Of a stretch of 64,000 bases of DNA, positions 41,526-50,696 are shown piece after piece (positions within the stretch are counted from its first letter, which is position 1; each line of letters starts with the position of its first letter). This DNA is from an uncultured Armatimonadetes bacterium. GTDB taxonomy: Bacteria; Armatimonadota; Hebobacteria; Hebobacterales; Hebobacteraceae. The stretch is taken from the NCBI GenBank assembly GCA_963716175.1, contig OY970296.1:4288001-4352000 (forward strand). The letters are read 5' to 3'. Position numbers and translations under genes: made by a program. The notes under the pieces were generated by a model, which was not told the origin of the DNA, did not search any database, and saw only the letters and a program-made list of their open reading frames with translations.

Positions 41526-44129
41526 TTAGGGGTCCTTCGCCGAGCCGCGCCAGTGCTGAAGCATGCCCATGGTCGTGGGGGCGAAATGCAGGTACTGAGC
41601 CAAGCTCTTGCCCCAGGATGGCAGGTCCGAGTCAAGCGTGGCGGCGAGTGCTCTCTCGGCAACATCGAAGAACCTGCGCTCGCCCGTGAGTTCGCCGGCA
41701 TACGGCAGTGACTCGCAGATCAGGTTGTTCAGAGCAACGTACCTCTGATAGACGGGCTCGCCGGTTACGGAAGCCGAATAGGGCCAGGCCTTCGCCTTCT
41801 CATCCCATGACAGCAGCACCCACCGAGCGCCAGCGATGAGCGATCGCGCGACGGCCGGGTCCCCAGTCTCCTCGTGGAAGTCCTTCAGGCCGGACAGCAA
41901 GATGCCGATCAGGAAGAGATTGTTCCCGATCACCCCCTGGTGATCTTGGTCGGCGTGGTCCGAGGGCAGCACGTGCGGCCAGGCGCCGCCTTCGTCGAAC
42001 CGCTGGGTGCGGAGCGCCACCGAGACGATGCGCCGCGCGGCCTCGAGGTAGACAGGATCATAGGTGCCGCGGTAGATGGCAATCACCGCGGCGATGGCCC
42101 AGCCCGCGTCGCGCTCGTGGGTGCCCATCTCGGTGAAGGTCTGTGACATGGACCAGACGATATGCTCGCCCAGGCCGAGACAGGCCTCCATCACCCAGGC
42201 GTCGCCGGTGAGGTACCACGCCTCCATCATTCCGTCCGCCCAGACGTGACCGCTTCGCGCGGTGTACTGCCACACGTCGTATTGCTTTGACCAGGTGCCG
42301 ATGTCCTCCTCCCAGGAGCCGGTGTGACCGACGGCATGGGAGAGCTCCGCTCCCAGGTACTGGGGATCGGGATAGGCGTGCACGGTGTCAACATCAGCCT
42401 GGTGGCGGGCCGCCGCCGGGGCCAGCCGGAGGTAGTCGCGCCGGCCGGTGCGCGCGAACTGCAGGAAGAGGCAATGCGCGAGGTCGTACTCGTTATTGCC
42501 CCAGTTGATCTCGCGTTCACCGTACCAGTCGCCGTAGTTGAAGTACCCGTACTCCCGGGTCTGGGCCTTCCGCTGCATGTGGCCCTGGAAGGCCTTCGCC
42601 ACGGCCTCGTCCCAGCGCGCGAAGCGCCCTTCCCCGGGCACGGCCATCATCCCAAGCGCCGCGGTGCTGGCGTACCACTCAGCGGGCAACACCGCTGCCA
42701 CAGGCAGGTCCGCATCCGCAGCCAGCTCTGCCGCGGGAGCTGTACCTGCGAAATCGAACGTGACTCGCTGCGTGAATGCCATGCCCCACTTAAACCGGTA
42801 CTTGCCTCCGACGAATGGGTAGTTGAGCGAATCAGGGAGGTCGCTGCCATATCCGGCACCAGGTTGCGCCGGCAGCAGCTCTACTGAGATCTCTTGTCGG
42901 TTAGCCCGGAACGCCTTCGGCCAGCGCTGCCAGAACTCGTGGGCAGCCACACCCAGCGCGCCCCCATCGCTCTCCAGCCTCAGCACGCCCGAGTACTGGC
43001 GGCCGTCAGCCGAGCCCTGCTGATCGCGCAGCGCGAAGGAGCGCTCGTCCCATTGCGACACGGAGAACTCGCCCTGATCAGCAATGTCGCCGGTTCGCTC
43101 GATCTGGGCGGTCGAGGACGAGAACCGGCCGGCGTGGTCGCCCGCGTCCCAGTAGGCATGCGCCCGCAGGATCGCGCCGCCGAGCCGCATCGGAAGCGAG
43201 AGCGACGTGATATCAGTGAACTCAGCCTTCAGATAGGTGTTGATGTGAGTGTGCTCGACGGTAACCTGGGAGGACCCCTCCTGGAAGATGAGCCGCGTGA
43301 CGTAGGACATGTAGGTGCTGCCGGCCCCGTCGGCGTAGTCACCCGCCGCTCGCACGACCACCTTCCGCGGTCCTGTCTGCTCGACTGTCATGCTTCCTGG
43401 CGGCGTCGCCGACAGCGTGAACAGCCGCCCGCTCTCATCCACAAGGCGGAGGCCCTCAGGCGCGGATGCGCCCAGCAGCCGACCTCCCGCCTCCACCCGG
43501 AAGAAGAGGTTGAACCTCCGCTTGTCCATGCTGACCCGAATCGCTCCCGTGTCCACCAGAATGGCATCCTTGCCATCCTCGATGCGCAGGCGTGAAGACT
43601 GCGGCCCCCGGGTGACATCGGACCCGAACTCGATGGTATAGGTGGCCGCTTCCCGCGCCGCCAGCGGCGCGGTGAAGTCCACCAGCACCCACTTCAAGCT
43701 GTTGTCGGGCCAGAACGCGGTGGCAGTGAACTGCGCGGGGACTTCCTTCCCATCCGGAGACAGCAGTCGGATATGCTCGAGAGCGAAGAGGCCGCCCTTT
43801 GGAAGCGGGAGCCCGAAAGTTACGGGAGTGCTGGCTCTCGCACATCCGGCCTCCTCCAGCAGCTGCACCGGCAGGGACTGTCGGCTAATGGAGCCCTTCC
43901 TCCCTGGTTCCCGGGAAGCAGAGAAGGGCACGGCCGGCCGTGGCCTGCCGAAGGCGATCGGATGCTCCGCCGCACACTGCTCATAGGTGAGTCCCTTATC
44001 CCGAAGCGATGACACGCGACCACTCCCTCCTGCTGCGGTAGGCGCTGACTCTGCGAGACAGGCGCGGTCGCAGAGGAGGCAGGCTACCACCAGCAGTCCG
44101 CAGAGGATGATGAGGTTTGGCACTCGCAC
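41526..44129 (-). CDS. Secreted exo-rhamnogalacturonan-lyase-like (PL26/YetA-like) protein
   Basis: PVTFGLPLPKG, WPDNSLKW, EFWQRWPK, YGYFNYGD, NNEYD, H..DVD motifs. Confidence 0.7.
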   Translation of the reverse strand: MRVPNLIILCGLLVVACLLCDRACLAESAPTAAGGSGRVSSLRDKGLTYEQCAAEHPIAFGRPRPAVPFSASREPGRKGSISRQSLPVQLLEEAGCARASTPVTFGLPLPKGGLFALEHIRLLSPDGKEVPAQFTATAFWPDNSLKWVLVDFTAPLAAREAATYTIEFGSDVTRGPQSSRLRIEDGKDAILVDTGAIRVSMDKRRFNLFFRVEAGGRLLGASAPEGLRLVDESGRLFTLSATPPGSMTVEQTGPRKVVVRAAGDYADGAGSTYMSYVTRLIFQEGSSQVTVEHTHINTYLKAEFTDITSLSLPMRLGGAILRAHAYWDAGDHAGRFSSSTAQIERTGDIADQGEFSVSQWDERSFALRDQQGSADGRQYSGVLRLESDGGALGVAAHEFWQRWPKAFRANRQEISVELLPAQPGAGYGSDLPDSLNYPFVGGKYRFKWGMAFTQRVTFDFAGTAPAAELAADADLPVAAVLPAEWYASTAALGMMAVPGEGRFARWDEAVAKAFQGHMQRKAQTREYGYFNYGDWYGEREINWGNNEYDLAHCLFLQFARTGRRDYLRLAPAAARHQADVDTVHAYPDPQYLGAELSHAVGHTGSWEEDIGTWSKQYDVWQYTARSGHVWADGMMEAWYLTGDAWVMEACLGLGEHIVWSMSQTFTEMGTHERDAGWAIAAVIAIYRGTYDPVYLEAARRIVSVALRTQRFDEGGAWPHVLPSDHADQDHQGVIGNNLFLIGILLSGLKDFHEETGDPAVARSLIAGARWVLLSWDEKAKAWPYSASVTGEPVYQRYVALNNLICESLPYAGELTGERRFFDVAERALAATLDSDLPSWGKSLAQYLHFAPTTMGMLQHWRGSAKDP

Positions 44130-44438
44130 TAGACCTGCTCCATGCCATCCCGCGTCCGCGAGCTAACGGGGCAGAGGATTCGCCACCGGTGACTGTGCTG
44201 CCTGCGGGGGTGGAGGGTTGGGCAGAGGCAAATCGCTGGTCGCGCAACCTGCCCGGGGCGGCCGCCGACGCCCTTCCCCTGCGGAAAGCGAGCCGAATGT
44301 GGAACATATCCGGCAGCAGGGGCCCTGCCTGACGGTGGTTCTCGCTGGGCTTCCCACACTGAGGTTCCGGGCAACTGAGGAGCTGGCCCCTGATCGCGCC
44401 AGGACCGAAGCATGCTCCTCATAGGAGAGGGGGCAGCG

Positions 44439-44870
44439 ATGCGCTGGGGACGCCTGAGCCTCGGCTTCCTGTTTGGCGTCACGGCCGGCCTGACCGTCGG
44501 CCGCGGCTGGTCGCGCGGGGAGGCCAGCCTATGGACGGTGGGCGTTGTCGCCCTGTTGCTCGGGGTGATATGCACGCTGTCGGCTGTGCGCCGCTCCCAG
44601 TCCCTCGCCTCCGAGCCCGCTGGATCACCCGGGTGGAACCGCGAGGCAGCGCCACCCCTGGGTCAGATGCTGGTGAGCTACGGCCTGATCTCCGAGGCCG
44701 ACCTGGAAAGAGCGCTGGCGCGACAGAAGAGGAACGGCAAGCGCCTGGGCCGAGTCCTGGTGGAGATGGGGCTCGTCACACACGCCCAGGTTGCCGAAGT
44801 GCTGGAGGAGCAGCTCTCCAGGCGGGAAGGCCGCTTGCTCTGGGGCGCCGGGAACAGGCTGCTGGGCTAG
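44439..44870 (+). CDS. Small membrane protein with MshEN (c-di-GMP-binding) domain
   Basis: Two TM helices then PLGQMLVSYGLISEADLERALARQ-KRNGK-RLGRVLVEMGLVTHAQVAEVLEEQ. Confidence 0.8.
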   Translation: MRWGRLSLGFLFGVTAGLTVGRGWSRGEASLWTVGVVALLLGVICTLSAVRRSQSLASEPAGSPGWNREAAPPLGQMLVSYGLISEADLERALARQKRNGKRLGRVLVEMGLVTHAQVAEVLEEQLSRREGRLLWGAGNRLLG

Positions 44871-45081
44871 CCACATCACCCCAGCCCCCACGCGGGCCTT
44901 CGCTCAACGCGCAGACCCAATCGTCTTATCCAGGTCCTTCTCCACATCGGCTGAATCGCGGCCGGGCTTCGATCAGGCTGAGTGGCGCGCACACGTTGTG
45001 TATGCAGCAACACGCGCGTCGGCGTCGCATGGAAGCGGCGTCCTGCCTGTCTCAGGGAAGCAGAAGCGGGGCCAGAGAGAG

Positions 45082-45109
45082 GGCGGGGCCCGCCTCAGCG
45101 GGCCCCGCC
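45082..45109. terminator. Stem-loop downstream of pilin-like paralog 3
   Basis: GGCGGGGCCCGC-CTCA-GCGGGCCCCGCC. Confidence 0.7.
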
Positions 45110-45161
45110 TCACAGGTTCCAGTCGTGCTGCTCTGCAGACAGACGCTAGCCGCCTGAGCCG

Positions 45162-46178
45162 CTATCCGCAGAAGTCGATGATGCAGCCCATGCCCTGGTA
45201 GTGACCAATGCTCTGGTTCTCGATAGTCGGGCTGTCAGCGATGATGCTGCCGCAGGCCGCCCATGCAGCATGCCCGTCCGCGAACCCGATGTTACTGCCT
45301 CCCAGGTGGCGGGTATAGGGCTTCCAGAGCTGGGGGTCCTTGAAGAAGTTCGCCTTCTGCGTCCAGTCAACGCCGCAGCTCTGGCTGTCCGAGCAGTTCA
45401 CCCAGTCCGCGGAGCAGCAGCCAGCCGACGGCGGATACGGACCGCAGCCTGTCCGACAGGCGTCTGGCATCGCCACCAGACTGGCCATCCAGATCTCGCC
45501 CGAACCGTCGGCGCAGACGACGAACCACGAGGGGTCACTTATGGCGGCGGTCTTCAACTCGGCATTGGTCGTGGTCCCGATGCCTTGCTCGAAGGCGCCG
45601 GTGTCCTGGCTGCCCTCTCGCATCTGCGCGATCGAGTCGGTGACGCTCCCGCCCCATCCCGGGGGCCACGCCACACAGCAGGGCCCGCCGCCGCCGCTGG
45701 CATCGCAGTTGGCGTTGACGTGGCCCCATTGCCCCTCGGTGCTCTTGAGATAGCCCAGATAGCCGCCCGCACCGTAGCTGGGGACAATCCATCCGGCATA
45801 CCCCGCGCGCTTGGCACTCGGGCAGCGCCACACGTCTTGGTTCTTCACGTATTCGTCCAGGACCACAGGCCAGCGCAGATAGGGATTGGCATGCTGCTTG
45901 TGGTTGCAGTCCGGGTGATCCCCGCCGCCACCCTCGCCGGGCTCGGTGCTGAAATAGTCCTCCGCCGCCTGCCCGTGCTCCCTGGGCGGGAATCGGTCGT
46001 AGTCGGTCAGGTACATCTGGAAGGCGATGGCGATGTTCTTCACGTTCGACAGGCACTGGATCTTCCGTGCCGACTCTCGAGCGCGTGCGAACACCGGGAA
46101 CAGCATTGCGGCCAGAATGGCGATGATCGCGATCACCACCAACAACTCGATCAGAGTAAAGCCTTTGCGCAATCTCAT
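45162..46178 (-). CDS. Prepilin-type / H-X9-DG (DUF1559) Cys-rich protein, paralog 3
   Basis: [19 protein letters not shown]..; [15 protein letters not shown]; GAGGAGG RBS. Confidence 0.92.
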   Translation of the reverse strand: MRLRKGFTLIELLVVIAIIAILAAMLFPVFARARESARKIQCLSNVKNIAIAFQMYLTDYDRFPPREHGQAAEDYFSTEPGEGGGGDHPDCNHKQHANPYLRWPVVLDEYVKNQDVWRCPSAKRAGYAGWIVPSYGAGGYLGYLKSTEGQWGHVNANCDASGGGGPCCVAWPPGWGGSVTDSIAQMREGSQDTGAFEQGIGTTTNAELKTAAISDPSWFVVCADGSGEIWMASLVAMPDACRTGCGPYPPSAGCCSADWVNCSDSQSCGVDWTQKANFFKDPQLWKPYTRHLGGSNIGFADGHAAWAACGSIIADSPTIENQSIGHYQGMGCIIDFCG

Positions 46179-46343
46179 TCCTGTTGGACCTCCTCGGGAA
46201 CAATACACGTGACGACACTGCCATCCGGCTCCAGTTGCGGCCGACCATCACCTCCCTTCCTGATGCGTGCGAGCGAAGCGATCGCTGTCCTGCCCCCCTC
46301 ACCTCGGCACCATCAATGCTAGCACACCCTTGTGAGAAGCGGT

Positions 46344-46379
46344 TGTACAAACCTACTGACTTCCTGTAGAATCCTACTG
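46344..46379 (-). promoter_or_regulatory. 21-bp-period direct repeat, putative activator site upstream of paralog 3
   Basis: TGTACAAACCTACTG (46344) and TGTAGAATCCTACTG (46365); extended -10-like TGcTAGCAT follows on the minus strand. Confidence 0.55.
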
Positions 46380-46542
46380 GCCGATTGCATGGCGGCGATA
46401 TGCGGAGCAGGACAGTCTGCTCGCGTCAGCCCGCCGTGAGACTGGCTCTTGACCACCTGGGACCGGCGACCGCTGACCGCGAGGAGCGCCGCCGGGCAAC
46501 TCCGCCGAGCGCACAGTATCCATTTGCCTTCTGCTCGCCGAG

Positions 46543-47146
46543 CTACTTGCCGCCCAATCCCCAGTTGGCGCCCACGCCGGTCACGAAGTCCCAGCCTGGC
46601 TGACAGCGGAATCGCCCCGCCGATCCGGCGGTGATGTCCCGGAAGTCATAGGGTGAGTCGGGATCGGGAGAGGGCGAGCTGTTGGCAAGGTTGGCATAGA
46701 TCGCATGGTAGAGTTCATCGGACGTGCCAGTGGCGAAGCTGCCACGAGACGAAGCTCCCGGAGCTGCTCACATTCAGCGTGGTCCCACCCGCAGAAACGC
46801 AGTTGGGCGATACCCCGGGCCAGATGATCTTCCCACCAGTATCGCCGCTGGCGGCGAAGTAGACGACGTCAGGGGCGGTGAAGTGGCTGTAGGGGGGAAG
46901 GCCATAGGCGGCCCGGATCACCGCGGGGGTGAGCCCGGCTGGCTGGTAACTTCGCTTTTCGGGCAGCCGCAGGATCAGATGATTGGTGTGGGCCCGCCGT
47001 CCGATGTCCCCCGGACGCTCCCGGCTGGAGTCAGGGACAATCACCACCTCGTCCTGACGATCCGGGCCCTGCGCAAGGAGCGGCCCGGCCACTGCCACCG
47101 CCGCCAGCGCGCACAGCAAGGTGCAGAGCCAGCACCATGGTCTCAT
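46543..47146 (-). pseudogene. Internally deleted S53 (sedolisin/kumamolisin) peptidase
   Basis: Signal peptide, GLTPAVIRAAYGLP, FAASGD..SAGGTTL and, in another frame, DFRDITAG..GWDFVTGVG*; large catalytic segments missing. Confidence 0.75.
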
Positions 47147-47217
47147 CGAGAAGCCCTCTCCTTTCCCTCAGCATCCGGCTGAGAGCGTCCTCGCCTCGGC
47201 ACGCGCGCCGCCCGGCC

Positions 47218-48312
47218 TTAGACCTTCGTCTGGTTCCCCAGGAATCCCTCTGACCAGAAGACCGGCTGGTAGCCTCGCCGCGTTACCCACTCCAGGGACT
47301 TGACGACTTTCTGCTGGACATCCGGCTGGAAGTGCACCAGCTCCTTGCGGAAATACTGCTCGTGGATGAGCAGCTCCATCAGCTCTCCGGTGTGGGGATC
47401 AGAGGCCTGCTGGTCGAGGTGGGCATCCACTTCCCCGACCTGCAGATTGTTCACGATGGCGTCAATGCTGACAAGCTTGAGGTTGAGATCCTGCTCATAC
47501 CAGGCGTCGCGGGTGTGCACGTGGTCGCTGATGTACCAGGCTGGATGGCCAGCCCCGATCAGAGTGCGAATGCCGCGGTCAGCCAAGGCGCGGCAGCTTT
47601 CCTTCGGGATCGCGCCCCAGTGCAGTGTGGTCTCTTCGCTGGTGACGGCCTCGCCTGCGAAACGCTTGATCTCCGCCATCACCAGCTCGAAGTCGCGGGC
47701 AATCTGCTCGTAAGCTGCGTCCCGGTAGATGCGATCTGGTTTGTTCTGGAGTGCGTGGAAGCTCAGATGCAACCAGTCCGAGTTCGCCTCCCACTGGCGG
47801 CGCCACTTATCGGGCATCCGCGCGATGGTGAAATCCCTGGCGACCGTCTGGTAGTAGATGTTGATGTGGACCTTGGCCCCGAACTGCTCGTGCATCCGCC
47901 GCCAGAACGCCAGATACCAGTGATCGAAGAGAGAGTCATACTGTTGAGGCGCCGTGCCCAGGTCTTTCAGAAACTCGATGTTATCATCAACTGAGAAGCG
48001 ATAGCGCGGCTGTGAGCCCTTGTCCCATAGGAGCGTGATGGAGTCCCGCCATTCCCCTGCCGCTGCCTTCGCCAGGGCCGCGATCTCGTTCTGGCGCTGG
48101 CGAAGAGTAACCCGGCACCGGAACTCGCATCCATCGGTCTCTGCCGGAGTTCCGTTGACTGTCACCTTGGCTCCAGGCGCCACCTGCCCGGTGACCTCAA
48201 TGGAGAGCCCCTCCGGAGTCTCGGCGCCGTCATGCCGGTTGAGAATGTCGCCATCCCAAGGGGTCACAATCTTCAGGTCTGCTGGGTGTGGACGGCCAAT
48301 CGTCGTGCTCAT
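47218..48312 (-). CDS. Hypothetical protein (Ig-like N-terminus plus polysaccharide-deacetylase-like domain)
   Basis: RFSVDDN, WLHLSFHA, LLIHEQYF; AAGGAG RBS. Confidence 0.55.
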   Translation of the reverse strand: MSTTIGRPHPADLKIVTPWDGDILNRHDGAETPEGLSIEVTGQVAPGAKVTVNGTPAETDGCEFRCRVTLRQRQNEIAALAKAAAGEWRDSITLLWDKGSQPRYRFSVDDNIEFLKDLGTAPQQYDSLFDHWYLAFWRRMHEQFGAKVHINIYYQTVARDFTIARMPDKWRRQWEANSDWLHLSFHALQNKPDRIYRDAAYEQIARDFELVMAEIKRFAGEAVTSEETTLHWGAIPKESCRALADRGIRTLIGAGHPAWYISDHVHTRDAWYEQDLNLKLVSIDAIVNNLQVGEVDAHLDQQASDPHTGELMELLIHEQYFRKELVHFQPDVQQKVVKSLEWVTRRGYQPVFWSEGFLGNQTKV

Positions 48313-48521
48313 CTCATCACTCTCCTTCGCGCGCAACGCATTGGGCTGGATGCCGCAGTCGGTCTCACTCACTCAGCCCGAGCCGGCGCGGTCTGGAAGC
48401 CGCGCCTTCTGGGAGTCGGGGCCGAGTTACTCGCCCTCCTTCGCCGCGCACCCATGGCAATCATCCTGCCTGGGGACGTGGAAACACTTGCCCTCGGCTG
48501 ACAGCGCGCGCCGGGCACCTG

Positions 48522-48550
48522 TGGACGCTTCCATGTCCACTGGGTACAAT
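48522..48550 (+). promoter_or_regulatory. Putative sigma70 promoter
   Basis: TGGACG-17 bp-TACAAT upstream of 48628. Confidence 0.45.
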
Positions 48551-48627
48551 GGCAGCCGCATAGTGCTTGGCATCGGGAAGCGTGGGGGTGCCTTGCTCGG
48601 GAAGGTGATGTCACGGGAGGCGGGCGA

Positions 48628-49233
48628 GTGGCAAGGAAGCTGATCTATGTCCCCATCATACACGGCGAGTCCGACTTGGGCAGTTTCGCCGAGCGGCTGA
48701 CAGCGATGGCACAGGAGCAGCTGAGCGCGGAGACCTGGAGGAGGCACCGACAGCAGGCAGAGAAGTTCTGGCGTAATCTGAGGGCGAAGGTGATGGAGCG
48801 AGTGACTCATGAGTTGGCGGGAACGAGCTGGGGCAAGCTGAGAGTCTACCAGGATGGAATGCCGGCGGGAGGGGAGACGGCCGGGCGCATTGTGGAGGAG
48901 CTAGCGGAAAAGGGAAGCCTCAACTACCAGCTAGTGAGGGATCTGGTGGCACGGGGCGCGCAGCTGGAGCACACCGAGCAGGCATCCTTGCTCAGACAAG
49001 AGTACCGCATGATCCGGCAGATCATCACCGCTTCGGAGCCGGCCGCGAGAGACCGCGCGCGCCAGGAGTATTCCCGCGTCAGCGAGGGTCTGCTTGAGCA
49101 GCGCGATCGGTTCATTGCCGGCCAGATCAACCACACCCTGAGGGAAGGAGAAGTGGGAGTGCTGTTCATCGGCGCGCTGCACCAAGTGAAGGACTACCTG
49201 CCGGGAGAGATCGAGATCATCCCGGTGCCCTGA
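48628..49233 (+). CDS. Hypothetical protein immediately upstream of the gas-vesicle cluster
   Basis: Clean 201-aa ORF: RKLIYVPIIH..DLGS, VYQDG, RDRFIA.QI..TL..GVLFIGALH. Confidence 0.7.
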   Translation: MARKLIYVPIIHGESDLGSFAERLTAMAQEQLSAETWRRHRQQAEKFWRNLRAKVMERVTHELAGTSWGKLRVYQDGMPAGGETAGRIVEELAEKGSLNYQLVRDLVARGAQLEHTEQASLLRQEYRMIRQIITASEPAARDRARQEYSRVSEGLLEQRDRFIAGQINHTLREGEVGVLFIGALHQVKDYLPGEIEIIPVP

Positions 49234-49287
49234 GGCGATGATGTTGCGCCTGGGTGACAAGTCGCCGCAACTTACGCCGATCTGCTA

Positions 49288-49316
49288 TTGACAGCGTGCT
49301 TGGGGCGGCGTAGTCT
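49288..49316 (+). promoter_or_regulatory. Sigma70 promoter of gvpA
   Basis: TTGACA-17 bp-TAGTCT. Confidence 0.75.
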
Positions 49317-49372
49317 AGCCGTCGTCGAGCAACCTGGGCCGTGCTTGGCACGGTCACTTATGGCTAGGACAG

Positions 49373-49418
49373 CCGTTCAGAGCCTGGATGCATCCAGGTC
49401 CCGAACGGTGGTTTTTTT
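49373..49418 (+). terminator. Intrinsic terminator in gvpA leader
   Basis: CCGTTC..CCTGGATGCATCCAGG..GAACGG followed by a T7 tract. Confidence 0.7.
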
Positions 49419-49494
49419 GGCCTGCCCAACGGAATCATCGCGCGCTGCGCGCGAGTCGTGGTGAGATGCCGCAGAGGAAAGGTGGTGATAAGGC

Positions 49495-49710
49495 ATGGCT
49501 GTAGAGAAGACGATCGCTTCCTCTAGCCTGGTAGAGGTGGTGGATCGCATCCTGGACAAGGGCGTGGTGATCGATGTCTGGGCCAGAGTCTCGCTGGTGG
49601 GCATTGAGCTGCTGGCGATCGAGGCCAGAGTAGTCATTGCCTCCGTCGAGACCTACTTGAAGTACGCCGAGGCCATCGGGCTGACCGCCACCGCCGCGGC
49701 GCCCGCCTAA
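49495..49710 (+). CDS. gvpA: Gas vesicle structural protein GvpA
   Basis: [64 protein letters not shown]. Confidence 0.98.
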   Translation: MAVEKTIASSSLVEVVDRILDKGVVIDVWARVSLVGIELLAIEARVVIASVETYLKYAEAIGLTATAAAPA

Positions 49711-49768
49711 CGGGGCGGTCGCCGCTTCCACTCGAGGGGACGATGGGGTTACCGGGGACTGGGGTTAT

Positions 49769-49797
49769 GCTGTCGAGACGCTAGCCGTCTCGACAGC
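49769..49797 (+). other. Stem-loop after gvpA (probable mRNA stabiliser or partial terminator)
   Basis: GCTGTCGAGACG-CTAGC-CGTCTCGACAGC, 12-bp perfect arms. Confidence 0.7.
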
Positions 49798-49879
49798 GCC
49801 CCCCCCGCCTAGCCGAGACTCACGGACGCTGCCCTGGCCACAGGGCAGCGCAGGGAAAGGGAGGAGAAGAGGGATCACT

Positions 49880-50203
49880 ATGACCAGTTTCGCAGAGAGC
49901 ATGCGCGGTTTGACCGCGGACATCGTGAGCAGCCGCGAGGAACGGCAGACCTGGCTCGGCACACTCAGAGCGGAGGTCAGCTCTATGCGCCGGGAGACGG
50001 CGTCGGCCCTCCGCCGGGACATGCGCGCCGCGGCTCGCGACCGGAGGGCTTTTGTGACCTCGCTCCGAGACGAAGTCGGGGAGATGCGCCAGGAGCTGAG
50101 CAGCGATCTGCAAGAGGCCCGTCAGGCCTGGCAGGAGACAACCGGGGCCAGGGCTGGGTCGCGGCCCGCCCGCTTGGGAAGGCGCACCAAGCGATCCAGG
50201 TGA
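49880..50203 (+). CDS. GvpC-like helical protein
   Basis: Position after gvpA; amphipathic helix with repeated L..LR.EV..MR.E units. Confidence 0.55.
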   Translation: MTSFAESMRGLTADIVSSREERQTWLGTLRAEVSSMRRETASALRRDMRAAARDRRAFVTSLRDEVGEMRQELSSDLQEARQAWQETTGARAGSRPARLGRRTKRSR

Positions 50204-50264
50204 GGTGGGGGGCGCTCCGGCAGACCGGGGCGCCCACCCTGGAGGTGAAGCTGGAGGGGCAGCG

Positions 50265-50696
50265 ATGAGCGAAGGCAACACCAGCACGAGAACAGAGGTG
50301 AGAGCGCAGAAGCTGATGACCTTACCATGCGCTTTCTGCCGGGGCAAAGGCAAGGACCCGTTCGATCTTCTCTCCGAGAAGTCGATCTGTGAGGTATGCG
50401 GAGGCCGAGGCGAGGTGACGGTGGCGGAGCCGATATTCGCCTGCGCCTTCTGCGGGGGCACCGGGATATTCCCGGGAAGCCGCTTGACCTGTACCACCTG
50501 CATGGGTAAGGGACTGGTCACCATCGAAGAGCCGGCGGAGGCCTGCGCGACCTGTCTTGGGGCAGGAGTCGTGGCGGGTCACACTCTGCCTTGTTCAGCC
50601 TGTGGGGGAAGAGGTCGCGTGACGGTAGCAAGCGAGCCAAGTCTGCGGCCACCAGCAAATCGCAGACAATCTACGGTGGGGCAACGCAAGAGATGA
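50265..50696 (+). CDS. DnaJ-type CxxCxGxG zinc-finger protein
   Basis: Six CxxCxGxG repeats, no J-domain. Confidence 0.8.
   Translation: MSEGNTSTRTEVRAQKLMTLPCAFCRGKGKDPFDLLSEKSICEVCGGRGEVTVAEPIFACAFCGGTGIFPGSRLTCTTCMGKGLVTIEEPAEACATCLGAGVVAGHTLPCSACGGRGRVTVASEPSLRPPANRRQSTVGQRKR

Noticed and set aside
49346-49362. Sigma54 promoter (TGGCACG) before gvpA
   Set aside because: The -12 TTGC element is absent
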